DNA of 64,000 nucleotides, from contig NC_045707.1 in assembly GCF_009834535.1 (NCBI RefSeq), positions 53,322,001 to 53,386,000 of the forward strand. Reading direction: 5' to 3'. Both the position numbers and the translations under genes were made by a program. Position 1 is the first letter of the stretch; the number at the start of each line of letters is the position of its first letter. The notes beneath the pieces were generated by a model. The model did no database searches. It saw only the letters and a program-made list of their open reading frames with translations, and was not told the DNA's origin. The stretch is from Camelus ferus. Taxonomy: Eukaryota. Shown in pieces: positions 1 through 12,205 of this stretch.

Positions 1-230
1 AAATCGAACCACAGCCAGACCCCACCTCATACCCGCCGGGATGGCCGCTGTCAAGAAACAGGAAACAGCAAATGCTGTTGAGGGTGTGGCAAACTTGGAA
101 CCCTTGTTCAGACTGCTGGAATGAAAAATAGTGCAAAAAATTGCCATGTGATCCAGCCATCCCCCCTTCATATGCAGGATCTGAGATCAGGGACTGGAAG
201 AGATCCCTGGACACCACGTTCACAGAGGCT
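1..230 (+). mobile_element. Old L1 fragment (3' end of ORF2 region), truncated by the window edge
   Basis: Degenerate L1 motifs: ccacctcataccc..ggatggc, aacagcaaatgctgttgagggtgtgg..aacttggaaccctt, atgtgatccagccatcccc. Confidence 0.7.
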
Positions 231-3200
231 GGTGCCCCTCCGTCCACGACAGACCGGGCAATGTGGCCGCCACCTTGGCTGTGTCGGGGGGAGTCCTGGA
301 GGTGCGGGAACAGGGCACAGGGAGGGCCCACGGCCGGATGTGGGGGACGCCGTGGCCACGGGCCTCCAGGGTTGCTGTTTGTTGGCTTTTGGTGTTTGGG
401 GCATCAGTCGGAGGAGGGGTGGTGAGCGTGTCTGTCACTGGTGAAGCCCAGCGGACCCGGCACCTGAGCTTCTTCCCTCTCCGCCCGACAGGCCCCACGG
501 CGCCCACCTGGGCCCCCTTTCCTGGGACGCAGACGGGCCTGGGGCACGTTGGGAACTGAATGTTGTGCTTCACTGGTGGCTTCTCTGTGGCATCTGGTGG
601 AGGACGACAGGGTGAGGACTCTGCCTCATGACAGGAGGGCCACACTGGCACCGGGAGAGGCTGCTCGCATGGGGAGTTGGAGGAGACCCAGAGGTCAGGT
701 TGGGGAAGGGACCCCTGCCGGCCCCAGTGTTTACTTCCCGGCGCTCTTGGAGCTGTTTCCTGTTTGCGGCTGAAATGATGTGGATGGACCCGTGAGCCAA
801 GAAAGCAGCCCATGTTGGGGGGTCTCACCCGAGGTCAAAGCCACGGCTGCCTGGCAGGTGGGAGAAGCCCTCGGGGTCCTGTGCTTTTGGCCCGGGTGAC
901 CAGGCCGGACTGGAGCAGGGTTGGAGCCAGGGACTTGGCTCCTGTTTCAAGTACCCAGACTGGGAAGGAGGGGACGTGAGACCGTGCTGCCAGGCTGGCC
1001 TCACACAACGTTAGAAACAAGTTAAAAATCTCGTTAAATTAAAATATAAGATACACACAGGGAAAGATGCTGACAGAGCGTATTTTAGCGGCTGATGTTC
1101 TTAATGTATGGAGAATTTGTTAAAAGCGGTTGTTTAAAAGTACCAAAAACATGATCATATAAAACAGCAAAGAACACAAATAATTCCTAATAGAGGGAAT
1201 GACAGTAGTGAACGTGGGAAAACATTTGATCTTGCTAATCTGAAAACGTGGAAAATGTTTGGTCTAAGTAATTAGCCAGACACACATGTGAAAAAAAAAA
1301 ACCACCAATGCGCTGTTTCCCAGCTGGATGACAAATGTGGGAAAAGGCACAGCTTCCCCGTGCTTGGTGGCCGTCCGTCAGTGGGCACCGTGTAGGGAAC
1401 TACGACACAACCCTCAGAACACACACAAACCAAACACTGTCCACAGAGCGTTCTCATTTCAGCGTCGTGGAAAATTGCAGGCAGCCGACAACAGCCTCCC
1501 TGTTGCTAAGAGTGAGGACTGCTAAACTCGGGTACATGCAGTCAATTCTGTGTTGCACACCCAATTTAAATTGATTTGTACTAAGACTAATTCAGTGGAA
1601 AAGTGTTGGCTGTTAAAAAGAAACAGGATGCCAACACAATGACATTGATATACACAGTGACAAGGATAAAGTTCATAAAAATGTTGATTGAAAGTCAGAC
1701 ACGGGTTAGGGAGTATAGCTCAGAGCACGCTTCGGGCCCCGAGGGTCCCAGCCTCCAGAAACTCGGCTGGCGACACGCACAGCCTCCAGTCTCAGGCAGT
1801 GAGGTGGGTGGTGGCCCAGGACAGTCCCTCCTGCTGCCAGCCTCGCGGAGGCTGCGGGCAGAAGCCGCACACCCTGCCCTCTGCGGCCCGCACTGCTGGC
1901 CAGTGGTCCTGCTCAGCATCCACACGCGGCAGCCGGCCTGCGGACCATCTCCGCTGCAGCCCTCAGCGGTCCCTCAGTGGGCGCGTCTCTGCGGCTCGTA
2001 GAGGACATAGGAGTCGTTTTGAGGTGAGAGCCCCCCTCACAGGGGCTTCCCCCAGCCCTCGAGAACCCAGGGGCGGGGAGCTGTCTGGCCCCGGTCAGGC
2101 ACAGGTCGGACCTGCCAGGTGGGAGGCTCAGGCAAGGGAGCGCGTGACCCCTCCCCCTGGGGGGGGCCCTCTCACCAGCTCACCCCTCTGCACTTGGTTC
2201 ACACGCTCTCTTGTTTCCGGCAAGCGTCCGCACTCCCTCCTGCACCAAACCCAGGGGATGGTCAGTCCCTGCCGCAGGTGGCCCTGCTCCCCTGGAGGGC
2301 TGAGTGGTCCCATCAGGACATCGCTCCCACCAACACATTCCCATCGGTCTCCCACCCCCAAATGATCTGGTTGGCCCAAAGATGGGGCTACCGTGAGGAG
2401 GCTTTGAACTTCTGTCTCCAGGAGGGACTCCGGCAATCTGGACACCCCTCACTCACAACCCTTTGGGCAAGAAAAGGACCCACATCCCAGCCTCATAGGA
2501 AAAGAAGGTTCGTCAGGGCAGCCGTCCTGACCTCCTGACCATAGGTTCTTTTGCAAACTCCAGTTGGAATCAAAGGGCGGCCTGGAGGCCAGAGGCTGCC
2601 CGAGTTCTTCACGAATTGGGGCCACAAACACACAGGTGTTCCCTCTGCAGACCAGCTCAGGAAGGAGCGTTTAAACATGAAGACGCCAGCTCCTAAAATT
2701 GGACGAAGCCAGAATGTGTGTCGCCTACAGAGACGCCATTAAGGAAACGTACCCCTATGCCACTGGCACCCAGGCCTAAGAACAGAAGTCACTTTTGTCA
2801 TTTGGCTGACGTGGAGGGGAGTTCTGCGTTTGCTGACAGCTCACTGGGAGCTCTTCAGGGGGTGTCGTCCCCAGAGGTCTCTCTCTGTGGTGCCGTTTCC
2901 TTCCTTGCATGTGGCGTCCCACTGGGGCGGGGAGATGGCTGTCCCCCACACTTGCCCAGGGAGAGAGGACACGGGTGAGGTGGCCAGTGGCCAGAGAGCT
3001 GCCCCTTCTTCAGTGGCTTTTGGGACTCTTCCTGCCCACGTGGGGGAAGGCAGACGCAGGACCACGGGCAGGCGGCGAGTGTCTGCCAGCACAGAGACAT
3101 GCCTTGACCCGACCCTGTGAATAGACTGACAAACATGGGCTCGTCGAGGACAGAAAGAAATCATTCTAGCTGGCGGAGGAAACCGGCCTTGTGTTGTCAC

Positions 3201-5494
3201 TGACATTCGTTTGTCAACTGCTCTTGGAGTAGGTGTTAAATTTTAACTGAGGAGCTGGCGTCATGAAGCCAAACTGGGGTTTTCCAAGCTGTCAAATGAG
3301 AAGAATCCTTAACGATCCCTTCCCCCATTCTTCCTCTGCTCCCGGCTCCGAGGGCCCTTCTCTGCTGCCCTGCGACTTGGCACGCGGCGCTCAGCACGGG
3401 GTGGTCCTGGTGCCGCGGTACCAGCCGGCTGCAGAGGAGCCTTCTCGCTGCTCACTCCTGACGGGAGCAGGACTTCGAATCCGCTTCTACACAAAGGAGC
3501 CGTAATGACAGCTGTCTCAGAGTCCCTGGACTAAGCGTCGTGTGTGCGTTCTGCAGAGCCACTGACGTCAGTGTGTGAGTTGGGATTTTCTGGACAGCAG
3601 GGGTCTCGGTGGCTGGACCTCAGACGTAGCAGAACCTGGCGCAGAGCTTGGTGACCGCAGTGACCACAGGCAGCGCTGGGAGGCGCCCTGCACCCTGAGG
3701 TCATGTGTCCGGCTCTGAGGCGCATGGGGAGTTGTGCAGATTTCTGCCCCGCTGTGAATTCCCGTGACTGCATGGAAGATGAGTCACGGCGGGGTCCCTG
3801 ACCCCCGGGAAGCTGTGTGAGGGAGGCCGTGCAGCCATGAAATGGCACCTTCCTGGTGAGGGTTTGGTTTTTTTAGCCACAAACTGGGTGATGATGAAAT
3901 CTTAAGAAGTGGGGACCTGGGCACTTCCAGGCCCTGGGTTGCTTGTCTGTCCGGCGCATGGGGGTGAACTAGGGGACCACTGGCTTCCTTCCAGCTCCTC
4001 CCAGGGGACTTGGGTCTGAGGCTTTCGGGGCTTTTCGACCTGGACCCGTGCTCCTCATCCAGGTGCTGCCAGCACTGGGGGACTCAGCGACAGGCAGATT
4101 CTGGCTCTGATCCTTGACGGAGACACCCAGCCATGAGGCCCCAGGGAGCCAGATTCTCTCTTCATCTTCAGATTTTCAGAGCCTCTCACGTCACCCCTTT
4201 CATTTGACAACAGAGAGAAACAAGGAAGGCAAAGTGAGAACTTCTTTCCGGAAACCAGATGTATTGCACCAGCCACTCAGTGTTTATTATGGCGACCAAG
4301 CAGGAGAAGTGAGTGTATATCCAGGCCTCACACACTTACGTATTCCCTGCACATGAGAACACACATGTGCACAGGCACACATGTGCACATGCACACTGCA
4401 CACACGTGCACCCCAGCTCCCCCATATACACCCCTCGACCCCAGCACCACCCCGTAACCTCAGTCTGCAGTACAGCCGCCACATCCTCAGCATCTTCTAC
4501 ACAGACGCCACCCCCCCCCACCCTCCCACCGCTGTTGTTTCCAGATCAGCCCAGGCCCTGACTCCTCCTCGCAGCTGCCTGGCTCCTCTGACCGTGGGTG
4601 GAGGGAGGGATGCCGACCCCGCTGGCTGTGCCTTGCCCAGCTGTGCCCCGCTGTGGCTTGTATACCCTCTCGGGCTCAGAGTCCTTCAAACCCAGGGCTC
4701 TGGGGCCTCTGGCCGCTGCTTGAAGCTCCTTCCTCGTCTGGCTTCAGGCTTAAATCCAACCTTCGTTCCCTGCGTGCGTGCTCTCTGCCTCTGTGGCACG
4801 TGGTGAACTTGCTGGGTGTAGGGGTGGGTGTGCGGCTCCTTCCTTTGCTGCTGTGTCCCATTTACCGGCAGGGGCCCCCAGCAGAGGGCTGGGTGCGGTC
4901 GTGGTGACCTAACACAGTCTCCTGGGCCTGCCTGGCGCCCCCGGGAGCCCACGGTTCCCTGGCCTGGGAAGTGGCCAGAACCGTCCCTGAAACAGTCAGA
5001 TGGGACCCACCTGAGAGTCTTGTTCCCGTGATCCTGGGGGAGGGGGGAGGGTTCAGATGAACACGATTCCTTTGGAGATGCTGTCAAGATACTGTGGAGA
5101 GATGCCAGAAAAGCAGCAACAGAAGGCTGTGGGGAGGAAAAAGAAACAGACGTTTCTGGGTTTTGCATTCTGCTCAAGGGGGAGGGAAGCTGGTGGATTT
5201 TCAATGTTCTGCGTGCAGCTGCCCCCACCAGCCTTGGTTGGACGAGGCCCATCTGCTTAAAGGCGTGTGGGGCCACATGTTCACTGCAAATGGTTGGGGG
5301 TACTTGCCACAGGGTCATTGGGGGACTCAGGAGGCCTTGGTGGTGGGGAGCCCCCCCCCCACTGTGGACCCTGCACTTTGACAGGCCTGGCAGAGGACAA
5401 GCCCCCATCCCTGACGCTCATGGGCACACCTGTCAGCTCCCCCCACAAATCACCCTGGTCCCACTCTACTCACCGGCCTCCACGTCTTTTTTCC

Positions 5495-5610
5495 TGGACG
5501 CCAGCCTCCTCCTGACCCTCCTGCCTCTTCCCCTGCCCCACGTCTGCTGTCTTATTGCAGCCAGAGCTGTCTCTTAAAACACAAGTCAGATCACCAGGTC
5601 CTGGACACAA
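5495..5610. mobile_element. L2 fragment
   Basis: cagcctcctcctgaccctcctgcctc...gcagccagagctgtctcttaaaacacaagtcagatca resembles the L2 3' consensus as I recall it. Confidence 0.5.
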
Positions 5611-7021
5611 ACCCCCGGGCCCCCGGTCACAGCCAGACAGATCAGGACCTGCCCCGCCCCACCCCCCACCACCGCGTCCCTTGTGCTCAGGGCGGTGCCC
5701 AGCCCAGCATGGGCGGTGCCCACCCACGGGGTAGCCCTGCTCCTCGGATGGGCCCTGCCCCTTTCCCTCCGTTACGTTCTCCGAGGACTTCTCACCATCA
5801 CTCTTCTCTGTATTTTACTGTGTCTCTTGTCCTACTGAGGCCTGAGGTCCTGGAGACCAGGGGGGTTTTCCGTCTGGGCCCCACTGGGCCCACGTGGTCA
5901 GGAACGGGGCCTGCACAGAGTCCGCCCCACACCAGACTGCTGACCGTCAGGACCCAAGGAAGGTCTGCTGGCCTGTGGGGGCTCTGAGGGTAGGGGACAC
6001 CCCGTGACTCCCCCTTAGGCCTTGGGCAGGAGGACGGCCCTGGGGAGGCACCTCAGGGGAGGCCACAGGAACCATTGGGTCCCCAGCTCCTCTCTTGCCT
6101 ACACTTGATGAATCTGAAACTGGTTCTGCCTGGAATATTCTAAATAATCGGGATTAAAAAATACAAAAGAAGCCTGAAGCAAGGCTTCTCTTTGCTCGCT
6201 TGCTCCGTTGTCAGCACCAGATGGAGGATGTGGCCATGGAGCAGGCTAATTTATTTATTGATTAAAATGCTTACAGAACCCAGCACGCACAGCCAGGCTG
6301 AACATTCAATTAAAAAGCCTGAAATGAAAGTTTGGAACCGCTGGATGACGGTAGGGCGTGCAGGGCCCCTCCACTCACTCTGCCTTTTCTCCACAACTTG
6401 GACCTGGAGCCCGTGGACCTCAGTGCCATCCTGAGCACAGGAGTAGGGGAGACGTGTCCTGTGTTTGCAGGACTAGGAAGAGCTTGGCTGTGGGCACAGA
6501 GGCAGGTGCCCACAGGAGGGGGATGGCGACCCCCAGGCCTCCAGGGAAGGACAAGAGTGGCCCCCACGCAGGTGCTCCAGGAGCCACGTCCCCTCCGTCA
6601 GCCCTCCCACCCCCTGCAGGGAGCAGACTCAGTCCAGAGAGCAGACGTCAGCAGGGCAGTGTCCTCTGCCTCGGGGATGAGAGTGTGACCCCAGACCCAC
6701 AGCCCCCCACCTTCCTGCAAAATTGGACAAGAGCCCTGGCTCTGCCCCGGCCCCCGGGGGTGCTGGCGGCCTGCTGACCCTGCGTCCATCTCAGCCTCCT
6801 CGCCCATGAAAGCCCCTGGTTGGGTGACGCAGTAAGGCCGTGTGTGGGGTGCCCGGCACCCTGAATTCTCAGGGACTTACAGCTGCTGCCTCGGCCCGAG
6901 ATGCTGGCCAGTCTGCAGTAGACCCTGAATCTGTCTAAAGACAACGGTAACTAAGCCGGAGGGGTCGTCCTGGTTCCTCTGCACGGGCCAGGCCGCAGGG
7001 CCGCACGGGAGCTCTGGCATC

Positions 7022-7043
7022 TGTGTGTGTGTGTGTGTGTGTG
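7022..7043. repeat. (TG)11 microsatellite
   Basis: Direct reading. Confidence 0.95.
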
Positions 7044-9499
7044 AGCACGGGTGTGAGCACGCCGCCCCTCCCCGACCCTGGGCTGCTGCTGCCCCCGCTC
7101 GCACGGCCAGCGCCCAGGGGCGGCCCCCGGGAGGCCGGGGGAGGGCTGCAGCGGGGACTTCTGGACACTGCTGGACCCAGCGTCCCCCACGTGGGCTGAG
7201 TAGGGCCACGCTGCTCACTGGCATCGCCTGGCGTGCAGCCGAGCATGCTGTTTCTGGAGGGGGGTGACCCTGCACAGGCCTGACTGAGGCGTGTCTGCAG
7301 GCGCAGCCTCCCCGGGGCACCTCTGTTTCCCTCTCAGAAGGTTTGACACACTCAGGCCAGACAGTGGGAGACTGAGTCCAGGGCCCCCAAACTGCTGCTG
7401 AGAGAGTGTTGCCCCTTCCAGCTCTCGGCCTCCCTGGCCGGGGGTCAGCCTGTCACTTGAGGACTTGAGCTCTTGATCCAGGTCCTGCCCAGAGGCTGCA
7501 GGGGTCCAGGTGTGTGGGTCCTGGTGACAGTGGGGCGTGCAGGCCTGCCTTGGGACCGCAGGGAGCCACGTGGCACAGAGGGTGCACTCCGTCCTGGGCA
7601 GGTTCTCCCTCTGCTGCTCGAGCTGCCCTTTCCACCACCAGGCTCGCGTGGAGACTCACGTCCTACTGACACTGAGCACGAGGGGGCTGGCTTTTCCCTG
7701 AAACGTCCCAGGCCTGGGACGCGGTGGTGATGCTTTTGGTGGTGGAGAGGGGCTCCTGCTCCGCCCTGAGCATCGGGGCAGAGCCCGCCTGGTGCCGCAT
7801 GTGAAACAGGTCGGGCCCCACCCATCCAGGGTACGTGGGGAAAGCAGAGCTGTGGTCAGGCTCGGGGCTGCCCACACCGTCCAGGCGGTTGACGCATCCC
7901 CATCCTGGGGCTCTGAGTCCCCTCCCCCCAACCTCTGTGCGTGGTCCCAGCCAAGACTCGAAGGACAGGTACCTGGAGTTCTCGCCCTGTGGAACAGCTG
8001 TCTTGTGAGTTCCTGCTGTTGACAGTGGCCCTGCCCAGCGCAGGAAGGGATTTAAAGCAGCGAAAATTAGGTAACACTCAGTTTCTCAGTTGCAGAAGAT
8101 GCTTTTCCAGTGCGTCAGAGCTGGTGACTGCTGTCCTGGATGGCACAGCGCAGACGCGGTCCAGCCCATCACCAGGAGCTCGGCCCAGGCCAGCCAGAGG
8201 GCCAGCCGTCCTCTCCCTGTGCCCCAGGCCTGGCCGTCACCATCAGGTGGCCTTGGTGGGGCTGATTTTCGGAGAAGGGAGCAGCCGGGAGGCAACAGGC
8301 AGACACAGGCAAGGGGCCCAGCAGTTTCAGTCCTGCATCGTCAGTGTTGGGGACACGGGTGGGTGACCAGCACAGAGCCGCTCTGGGCTCAGTTGTCTGC
8401 CTGGGCACCCAGGGCGGGATTGGAGGCTCTGGGTCGTGGAAGCATGTCTGTGGTGTGTAGATGGGGACTTTCCGCGTGTATTTCCTGGCTGTGTGATCAG
8501 CACAAGCCCCTTATTTCTCTCTTAGAGTGACCTGAGATAGAAACTTCCCCGCCCGTCCTGTTGTTCACCAGACAACACTCATCTTCAGTTTCCGTTGCTG
8601 AGACACCTGTTTGGAAATCAAACAGACAGAAGAACCTTTTCACAAATTGAACTTCGGTGCAGGCAAACTGATGTCGTCCTTAAATCTGTGTTGTGACAGA
8701 TGCCACTGAAGACACCCTGCTGGGGTTGCGGGGCGGGGGGCGCCCGGCAGGGGTGCGGGGCTCGGAGCTTCTCCACTCTGCGGCCCGTGCTCTGCGCTGC
8801 ACCTGGAGCAGGTGCGTTTGTACTTCGGTTCAGGCTCTTCCTGAAAGTCGTGATGGTTGAAGGGTGACTTAGACCTGCTGAGAGACTGGTCTTCAGAAAC
8901 TCCTCTCTGATTGAGGGACCCAGTGGTGTGTGTCTTTTTCTTTTCTGGTTTCACTTTGGAAACAGCTCTAATTTTACGTGATGAGCAAGGCGCATCAGGG
9001 AGAACCATGTGGCCGTTGGTGAACTTGCCCCATTTTTTGTTACCATTTTCAACTGTAGCTTCGAGGATGTTTCTCATTCTCTGCCCAGAGCTATACGAGC
9101 TTCCAGTAGGTGGGACGGAGTCACACGGACGTCAGAGCTGGTGTTTTCCATGAGTCTCGGCCACACTTTCCACGATGGAGAGTCCAGGCCATCTGTGGCG
9201 CTGACCTGGGCTCACGTGGCCGGTCCCGCAGGAGCTCAGCCAGGGAAATACTCGGGTCGGGGGTGGGGTAGGGAGGTGCCAGCTGGTTCAGAAACCCGAC
9301 GGCTGTCCAGAACTGGCATCCTGGTTACGTCAAAGCTCAAAATCTTCCAGAGAATCAGAGTTTAATAAATGAAGCACAGAGGCCTAATGGGCCAAGTGCA
9401 TCACAGCTCAGGTCCGAGTTCTCTCCCTTTCCTGTGGGCAGAGCCCTCAGTCAGTCAGCCTGCTCCTCTGTGTCGGAGTTCTGACAAGTTCAGTTCTTG

Positions 9500-10030
9500 G
9501 GTTTTTATTATTTTTTATTGTGGTAAAATAAGTAAAATATAAAATGTACCACAGTAACCATTTTCAGGTTTATGCCCCCAGTTTTGTGCAACCATCACCT
9601 CTGTCTGGGTCCAGAACCTTTCCATCGCCCAGAAGGGAACCCGTTCCCCACCCCGCCCCAGCCCTGGCTCCCGCCTCCTACTCTCTGTCTCTGAGTTCAG
9701 CTTCTCTGGGGACCTCACGTAGGTGGCATCCTACAGGGCCTGGTCTGTCCCCGGTGCCGGCTTATCTGACAGCACGACGTGTGCTGCTTTCATCTGCGAT
9801 GCGGCTGTGTCAGGCTTTCCTTCTTTAAGGCTGACTGATACTCCCTGTGTTCATGCTCATCTTGTTCGTCCGTCCGTCCTCTGATGGCCCCTGGGCTGCT
9901 GTGAGCAGGGCTGCACTGCACTTCCTGCGTGGGGATTTGCTCAAATATCTGCTTCCGGTTCTTTGGGGTGTATTCTTGGGAGTGCGTTGTTGGGCCATGT
10001 GGTAACTGTGTTTTTCCTGTGATGAACCAC
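9500..10030 (-). mobile_element. L1MB-like 3' end, antisense
   Basis: T-rich start ttttttattgtggtaaaata..aaaatgtaccac..aaccatttt, gtgcaaccatcacc, ttccttctttaaggctga, ggccatgtggtaactgtgttt are typical of an antisense L1MB 3' UTR. Confidence 0.75.
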
Positions 10031-11799
10031 CCACAGCTCTTGAGTTTTGTTTCCATCTCCGCTAAGGTGGAAGCAGGAGAGACTGACGGGTGGTCCGTCC
10101 GCAGCCTGGGAAGGGACGGTGACGGGTTGGCAACCATGTCTGCACCAGCATCGTTGACCTTGGCCTGATGTCAGGACCCGCCCTCCTCTGAAGGAGGCCA
10201 CACCTCACCCTGAACGTCTCAGGGGAGGGCCTGGCATCTCTGTTTCCTGCTGTTTGCTGTTAACACAGGCAGTCATGGAGCCGCCGGAGGTGGACCCACA
10301 GCTTAGGTTCTCAAGGCGGATGCGTGGGGCAGTGACGCTCACGTCAGGGGCCTGCCGGGCGCCGATGCCCCTGCACCCTCCCCCGCACTCATCCGGTGGG
10401 CCTGTGATAACCTGGGAGATCAGTGTCTCCAGCACCACGTTTTGCAAAAGAGGAGACTGAAGCCCAGAGAGATTCTCCCTTAGCCCAAGGCCACACAGCG
10501 GTGAGTGGACGACTGGGCTCCAGCTGGCGTGCGGCTGCCCCTCCCTCGAGCTGAACGTGCACAGGAGGGTGAGGAGCACTCTGGAGTTTGGTGGGCAGAG
10601 AGCTCGAATCGCTGGCTGAAGCAGGGACAGCTTTCCCCGTGGTATTTGCCCTAAGAGCTGAGCAAGACTGCCGGTCTGCCTGTGGAGATGGCAGGTCTGC
10701 GCCCTCGCACAGGTGGCAGGGGAGCCAAGGGGACGGGCTGGGCCTTCTTGGCACGTGTGGGCTCGAGCAGGTGACGGCTCACCTGCAGCAGAGGGGTCTG
10801 GAGAGTAGTGGTGGGGAAGGCATGGGTGGGGAGGGGCTTGAGGCCTGTGTGCGGGCTGAGGTCCGGACTCTGCTCTGTTGGACGTGAGAGGGACAATGGA
10901 GGTTTGGGAGGAGCAGAGCCCGGGGACCCCCTCCCCCAAGATAGCCAGAGAGGGAAGGGGCTGTGGGGAGGGCAGGGGTCCAGAGGAATGGGCAGTGTGG
11001 GTGTGGGACACCTAGGGGCAGAGAGTGGCGGGCCTGGGTGGTCACCCAGACATGGGCGGAGGCAGAGGCAGAGGAGGGGTCCAGGAGTTGGAGGTACCCC
11101 GGCGACCCTGGCCCACATATGTGATGCAGTCTGTTTGAGAACGTGGGGCTTGGAACACAGTTTAGGAGAATTATTTCCTGAAATGGTTGACTTGATAAAT
11201 CCTCAGTCACCTTCCAGAGGCTCAGGATATGATGACAGTGGCAGGAGGGCAGAGACAGGGCCCCTGGGGAGGCGGCCCAGCGCTGGGTGGTCTGACCATG
11301 ACCTCTCCTCCCTGCAGGAACAGGGTCCCCACCGTAGGTACAAAGCCATTCGCTCACTCACCGTACTGTCGGGGCACCTGGTGAGTCACGTCTCCCTGGT
11401 AGTTTACACGCACCTGCCACTCCGCGTCAGCCCGATGCTGTGTGTCAGTTTGTGAATGAACCCTCCTTTACACGCGTAATACAAGCTTGCTCCCCAATGA
11501 ATCACCTGATGAGTGTTCATTAAAGGCAGCGACTTTCACCAGCCAGTTTCTTACTCTAAGTTCTTTCCCCATTTTGGTTTTATTTGATGTGGGGTTAACT
11601 GTGCTGGCGTCAGCGCTGTCAGAAATCTTTGCAATTTGGACGGAAAACTCTGATACATTCTCATGAAATCTAATCTCAGACTAAAAAGCCTTCAAACACA
11701 TCTCAGAAGGTCCTGCTCTCCAGCATGACAGAGGGCAGGGGGCTGCCATCTCGGGGGCCAGGCGGGGAGGCAGAGGGTCAACCCCGAGTCCACAGCCTG

Positions 11800-12205
11800 T
11801 GTCACGGTTCAGTCTTGGTGATGGACAGTCCGCGGGGTTTGACACATACATGAGGACAAGCGTCCACTGCTACTGTGTCACACGGAGCTGCCCGCAGCCC
11901 CCAATCCTCGTGCTCCATCTGTTCACCCCTCCTCCCCCAGCTCTGCTACCACTGATCCTTTTTCCATCTTCATGGTTCTGTCTTTTCTGAATGCCCTACC
12001 GTTGGAGGCGCAGTCTGGGCTTCTCTGGCTGACTGAGTCATGTGCACTACGGCTCCTCCGTGTCTTCTCAGGCCCGAGCGTCACCCCGCTGTGTGGACCG
12101 GCCTCCGTTGGTTTATCCTGCTGAAGGTGCTTTTGTGAGTTGTGATTGTGATAAAGCTGTGGTGAACATCCGCGTGCGGGTTTCTGTGTGGACTTGGGTT
12201 TTCAT
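11800..12205 (-). mobile_element. L1MC/MD-like 3' UTR fragment, antisense, GC-enriched
   Basis: ggttcagtcttggtg..gggtttgaca, accactgatcctttt, ataaagctgtggtgaacatccgcgtgcgggtttctgtgtggac parallel the same UTR segments seen at 29390-29830. Confidence 0.65.

Noticed and set aside
1705..1750. gggagtatagctcagagcacgctt resembles a tRNA/SINE A-box head
   Set aside because: No B-box, cloverleaf, tail or TSD; too short and degenerate to call.
4345..4415. CA/TG-rich quasi-palindromic tract (similar one at 38410-38530)
   Set aside because: Degenerate (CA)n-derived low-complexity sequence; the self-complementarity is a trivial consequence and gives no evidence of a miRNA hairpin.
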